Source: a virus (taxonomy: Duplodnaviria; Caudoviricetes). From it: a stretch of DNA of 29,685 nucleotides. Below, piece after piece: positions 25,876 to 29,685 of the stretch. A program made the translations under genes and the position numbers. The stretch is taken from the IMG/VR virus record IMGVR_UViG_3300012940_000083, positions 1 to 29,685 of that record. One strand, 5' to 3'. The notes below the pieces were generated by a model. It was not told the DNA's origin, searched no databases, and saw nothing but the letters and a program-made list of their open reading frames with translations. Numbering within the stretch: the first letter of the stretch is position 1; every line of letters starts with the position of its first letter.

Positions 25876-27402
25876 ATGAAACGATTTATTTTATTTTCAG
25901 TATTAATTATCTCTTCGGTGTTATCTCAGGCCCAATCATGGGACCCTGGTAAGTATGTGTATTTCCGCGGCGTGTCTGCTGACTCTGTGCTTAGATTGCC
26001 TCGTATAGATACTGTTTGGTTGGGTGGAAACAGAGACAGCATAGGCGCTATTGTTTACAGGACAGCTAACAACAAGGTGTATGTTAAAAAACCTACCGGA
26101 TGGGATGAAATCGCATCGGGCATTAATGTCGCTTTAGATTCCGCCTATCGCTCTCATGACACGCTTTATTTCCCTACTACAACAGGTAGTTTGATCGCTA
26201 TCAAGATGACTGGAATACCGCAGGCGAATATTGTAGGATTGACGGATTCGTTGAATCAGAAAATATCCTTTTCATCTCCCCTATCTCCCCTAATGACGCA
26301 ACCTTCTTTACCTATACAGCCTACCAGTAGCCTTATAGGGGCACTTGGGCGTCTTCAGTCACAGGTGTTGGATAGAGTAGAACTAAATCCAGTTTCTACA
26401 CAGCAAGGAGCGTCTGTAAACATAACAGGTAGGATGCTAATAAACGGTCTGGCGAGTAGATCACTCGCTATTAACCGCCCTTCTCGTGATACATCTACTG
26501 GAGAGATAGCGTTTCAAACCGCAGGCATTCAGGTAGGGTATGTAGGCACCGGGGCGAAAGGTAATAACGATATTCTAATGACCTCAGGAGCTGGGGGGAT
26601 ATCTATAAATCACGTTGACAGCGCGCAAATTAGATTAAACTATTTTTCAAACGTGCCTGGCGTTATCCCTGCTACACATACAGTAGAGAAAAATGGGTTG
26701 TGGCTCATAGGGGATTCAATACCAGGTAACGTTTTTGCGAGATTCCCCCTTGAAGTACGAAAAACTCTCGACACGTCTATATATGCAAATGGAAAAATTG
26801 TGCAGGGACAAACGATATTAAATGCTGACAGTTCTTTAGTGACGGCCACGACAGCCTGGGTCAAAAGGCAACTGTACTTTAACACATCTAATGCGTCGCT
26901 GCAAGGTATAACACAAAGGGGCAATACTACTAATCAAATACTTAAGATAACAGGATCCAGTGGCACGCTTACAGGCACAGGGTCTGGTTTAGAGCTATTT
27001 TATGACGGATCAAATTTTTCAGTTGTACAGAGTTATGACAGGGGAATGTCTATAACTAAACCCTTGAAATTATCTGCGTCATATACGCAGTTGTCTTCAG
27101 GGATAGTCGTTGCGCAACGTACAGTAACTGCTTCAACTACTTTATTACCCAGTGACTATACTGTAATAGTGAATAATGTAGGATCAGTCACTATAACCTT
27201 ACCAAGCTCAACGCCGGGTACCATGTTTGTTATAACTAAAACATCCGCTGCGAGCAACGATGTCATAGTATCGCCTAGCTCAGGCACTATAAATGGTGTT
27301 TCGTCTCGCACTTTAACAATGCCTTATAGCTCTATTGTCGTTCAATCAACAGGTACAAACTGGATTATTATATCATCACATTTAAACTCTGTTACACTAT
27401 GA
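25876..27402 (+). CDS. Tail-fibre-like protein with N-terminal Sec signal peptide
   Basis: MKRFILFSVLIISSVLSQA/Q signal peptide; fibre-type motifs SSLIGALGRLQSQV, DSSLVTATTAWV, SLQGITQRGNTT and a C-terminal VTITLP module. ATG 25876 preferred over GTG 25870. Confidence 0.7.
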   Translation: MKRFILFSVLIISSVLSQAQSWDPGKYVYFRGVSADSVLRLPRIDTVWLGGNRDSIGAIVYRTANNKVYVKKPTGWDEIASGINVALDSAYRSHDTLYFPTTTGSLIAIKMTGIPQANIVGLTDSLNQKISFSSPLSPLMTQPSLPIQPTSSLIGALGRLQSQVLDRVELNPVSTQQGASVNITGRMLINGLASRSLAINRPSRDTSTGEIAFQTAGIQVGYVGTGAKGNNDILMTSGAGGISINHVDSAQIRLNYFSNVPGVIPATHTVEKNGLWLIGDSIPGNVFARFPLEVRKTLDTSIYANGKIVQGQTILNADSSLVTATTAWVKRQLYFNTSNASLQGITQRGNTTNQILKITGSSGTLTGTGSGLELFYDGSNFSVVQSYDRGMSITKPLKLSASYTQLSSGIVVAQRTVTASTTLLPSDYTVIVNNVGSVTITLPSSTPGTMFVITKTSAASNDVIVSPSSGTINGVSSRTLTMPYSSIVVQSTGTNWIIISSHLNSVTL

Positions 27403-28448
27403 GGGTACTTATATTATTAATTCTTTTTACGAATACCGTAAGCGCTCAATTTAAAAGCTACATTCAGTATTTCTCTAAAGGTAACTACCGAAATTCTGAA
27501 GGTGATTTGATCATAAAAAACAACGGTCAGTTATACACCGTTTTTACAAAATTCAGAAACAATTTGGACGATGCAGCAGTAGCGGATTTATGCGCAAAAG
27601 TTTCTACGACTGGAGGGCGGGACTGGATTGATTTAGGAGTTGTGCAAACTAATATAGGGGGGCAGACGACTATGTCTGTTTCGCTCGTACGTACCTCTAC
27701 TACTAAAGTGCAAATGTACTTTTGTGTTAAGAATAGCAACACGGATTTACGTATTTACAGAAAAATTAGTAACGATGATTGCGCGACCTGGTCCGCGCCC
27801 ATGCTAGTTATAAATGCCCCGGGGTATCTGGCGGTACTCAATGCGTCGGTTGTTAGAATTAATTCAGGACGAATTGTGATACCTGTTTATTTTACTAGTA
27901 ATGTAGCCGCGATACCTCCTAACTACTGCAAAGCATACTCGTACTACTCTGATGATGACGGCGCGACGTGGGTTAAAAGTACCCCTGATCAAAACATATC
28001 TTCCGGGGTTGGTTATACGGAGCCCTGTGCAGTAGCTATCAATTACAACATTGTGTTGATGATGATACGGAATAATTCAGGAGTGCAACATTTTTCTGTG
28101 AGTACCGATGCAGGGGCAACGTGGTCAGTCGCTACTGCATCGCAGTTGGTATCTACTGACAGCCCCTGTAAAATATTATTAACATCGACTGGGGTACTAA
28201 TAGCTGTGCATAACCCCCCTGGTTTTACCGACCCTAGAGGTGTACTTAGAATATCTAAGAGCTTAGATTCAGGCGCCACCTGGGTTACCGCTTTTGACAT
28301 AGAGACGCCGGTAGATTCTTACAACTTCAGCTACGCATCTGTTGCAGAGTATCAAGGGAACTTACTCATATCCTACTGGGAAGCTAATTTCAACGCCGGT
28401 AAAATAGCTCAAAAATTTTGCTCAATACCTATAAACAAAATAATGTGA
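27399..28448 (+). CDS. Sialidase-like (GH33/BNR) beta-propeller with Sec signal peptide
   Basis: MRVLILLILFTNTVSA/Q; Asp-boxes STTGGRDW, SNDDCATW, SDDDGATW, STDAGATW, SLDSGATW; candidate catalytic R (RNSEG), E (TEP), R (IRN), R (PRG), Y (SYAS). Confidence 0.85.
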   Translation: MRVLILLILFTNTVSAQFKSYIQYFSKGNYRNSEGDLIIKNNGQLYTVFTKFRNNLDDAAVADLCAKVSTTGGRDWIDLGVVQTNIGGQTTMSVSLVRTSTTKVQMYFCVKNSNTDLRIYRKISNDDCATWSAPMLVINAPGYLAVLNASVVRINSGRIVIPVYFTSNVAAIPPNYCKAYSYYSDDDGATWVKSTPDQNISSGVGYTEPCAVAINYNIVLMMIRNNSGVQHFSVSTDAGATWSVATASQLVSTDSPCKILLTSTGVLIAVHNPPGFTDPRGVLRISKSLDSGATWVTAFDIETPVDSYNFSYASVAEYQGNLLISYWEANFNAGKIAQKFCSIPINKIM

Positions 28449-28750
28449 TGCCTAATTTCTTTAAGAATATGAATTTCAACTTTCAGCACATACTTGCGCT
28501 GATCATCGTCGTGGCAGGTTTTAGCTATCTTTTTTACGTGTCTCGCAGCAACTATATACATGCAAACAATAACAATGTTGTTGGAATTATTGCTTCCATT
28601 TCAAGCATTTTGACTATGGTTGTGATGCACTATTTCAGACAGGAAAAAAAATCAAATCCAGATGACGGAACAAACTTTACAATTTCCTGGTCTAAAAACG
28701 CGGCTACTGATACCGGTACGGTAGCGTGGATGATCTTGGAACCCTATTAA
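28448..28750 (+). CDS. Small two-TM membrane protein with a fibre-like C-terminal tail
   Basis: TGATG coupling to the sialidase stop; hydrophobic segments ILALIIVVAGFSYLFYV and VVGIIASISSILTMVV. Confidence 0.65.
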   Translation: MPNFFKNMNFNFQHILALIIVVAGFSYLFYVSRSNYIHANNNNVVGIIASISSILTMVVMHYFRQEKKSNPDDGTNFTISWSKNAATDTGTVAWMILEPY

Positions 28751-28781
28751 TCCTTTTTATCACAATACATAAAACTTAATC

Positions 28782-29255
28782 ATGAAAGAACGCCTATCAA
28801 TCGAATTACTTACCGCAACATCGGCAATTGCCTGGTTTAAATATAGCTTCCTGCCAAGCGGGAATTTGCTTGCCTGGGTATTTATTGCTATGCTGGTAGA
28901 TCTGATTACGGGAATTATAAAAGCCTGGCAACTGAACGAGGCCCGCACTTCAGCGGGTTACCGTAAGACGGTTATCAAATTTACACAGTATGCCGGCGCC
29001 GTTGCCGTTGCTGTGATCCTGGGGAACTCATTGCCCCAGGACAATGAAATCCTGGGCTATGTGAATGATGGTTTGTTGATCCTGCTTATCTACATCGAGG
29101 CTACAAGCATCTTTGAAAACCTTTATGCAATCGACAATACAAGCCAGTTCAGTAAATACTTCATAGCTCCTATCCTGAAGATTTTAACTTTTGCTATTAA
29201 AAAATCGCCTTTGGCACAACAAGCAGACAAAGATGAAAGCAGTAATAGTAATTAG
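28782..29255 (+). CDS. Holin (phage holin 4 / TcdE-like family)
   Basis: VDLITGIIKAW, TSAGYRKTVIKF, IEATSIFENL; several TM segments. Confidence 0.88.
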   Translation: MKERLSIELLTATSAIAWFKYSFLPSGNLLAWVFIAMLVDLITGIIKAWQLNEARTSAGYRKTVIKFTQYAGAVAVAVILGNSLPQDNEILGYVNDGLLILLIYIEATSIFENLYAIDNTSQFSKYFIAPILKILTFAIKKSPLAQQADKDESSNSN

Positions 29256-29685
29256 CATTTTGCTTTGCTCCTGCGCTACGGTAAAGAAGAATGCGCACCG
29301 AAGCACAGAGCAACACAGAAAGGACAGCTCAGGCTCTACAGAGAACGCGTATAAGCGAGTAACGGAGACTGTAGCAATCAGTACTACTCCGGGAAAAACA
29401 AAACCTGATTCGGTAGGGTTTACACGATACACGACGAACGAGGATACGTCTACCTGGTCGCAAATAGTGCGATCAGGCGCCTTAGGCGTAGAGGTGAACT
29501 CAACTCCGCGCAAGGATGCTACAGGCAAGACGATCGGCAGGGAAACGACTGTGAAAGCGAAAAAGTTTCCCGAAGAAGTGCCGGTACCGGTAACTACACA
29601 TACCACGATTAAGGAACAAGGAAGCGCAAAGCAAGAGAGCAAGATATCTGAAGTCGACAGCAAAAAGACGGTTGATAAAGGGAAA
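29233..29685 (+). CDS. 3'-truncated lipoprotein, spanin candidate (absent from ORF track)
   Basis: ATG 29233 overlaps the holin end; MKAVIVISILLCS/CATVKK lipobox; Thr/Ser/Lys-rich frame open to the window edge. Confidence 0.75.
   Translation, partial: MKAVIVISILLCSCATVKKNAHRSTEQHRKDSSGSTENAYKRVTETVAISTTPGKTKPDSVGFTRYTTNEDTSTWSQIVRSGALGVEVNSTPRKDATGKTIGRETTVKAKKFPEEVPVPVTTHTTIKEQGSAKQESKISEVDSKKTVDKGK

Larger units (their letters stand above)
1..29685 (+). mobile_element. Tailed phage/prophage segment (siphovirus-like, probable Bacteroidota host): recombination-replication-nin-packaging-head-tail-lysis modules
   Basis: Co-oriented, tightly overlapping genes in canonical order: terminase, portal, protease, capsid, neck, tube, chaperone, tape measure, holin. 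No att site or integrase in the window, so free phage versus prophage is undetermined. Confidence 0.95.

Noticed and set aside
24494-28448. Diversity-generating retroelement or invertible fibre shufflon
   Set aside because: No reverse transcriptase, TR/VR pair, invertase or inverted fibre cassettes seen in the window.
1103-29663. All minus-strand ORFs in the track (e.g. 8889..9302, 14963..15427, 19417..19887, 21499..21993, 29184..29663)
   Set aside because: They are antisense shadows of well-supported plus-strand genes and show no recognisable motifs.

Overview
About 30 kb of a tailed dsDNA phage or prophage with siphovirus-type, HK97-fold architecture. All credible genes are on the + strand. 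The host is most likely a Bacteroidota member: start codons have A-rich contexts without Shine-Dalgarno sequences, TAnnTTTG promoter boxes are present, and two signal peptides cleave before Gln. Gene order: end of a repeat protein; recombination module (Sak4-like ATPase, then a PD-(D/E)XK nuclease fused to an FtsK motor); replication (initiator with internal iterons, DnaC-like loader); nin-like accessory region (HTH, NinG, HNH, small ORFs preceded by a repeated structured motif); packaging and head; neck and tail (tube, frameshifted chaperone, tape measure, fibre); two signal-peptide-bearing proteins (fibre-like and sialidase-like); holin; and a truncated lipoprotein (spanin candidate). No integrase, repressor, endolysin, tRNA or CRISPR array is visible. 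The most unusual items are (1) the nuclease-FtsK fusion coupled to Sak4, (2) apparently Sec-exported fibre-like and sialidase proteins inside the tail module, (3) a candidate divergent sRNA complementary to the hairpin-occluded leader of the protease/capsid transcript, and (4) a four-copy intergenic motif with compensatory pairing. All family assignments come from motif recognition by eye, not from database searches.
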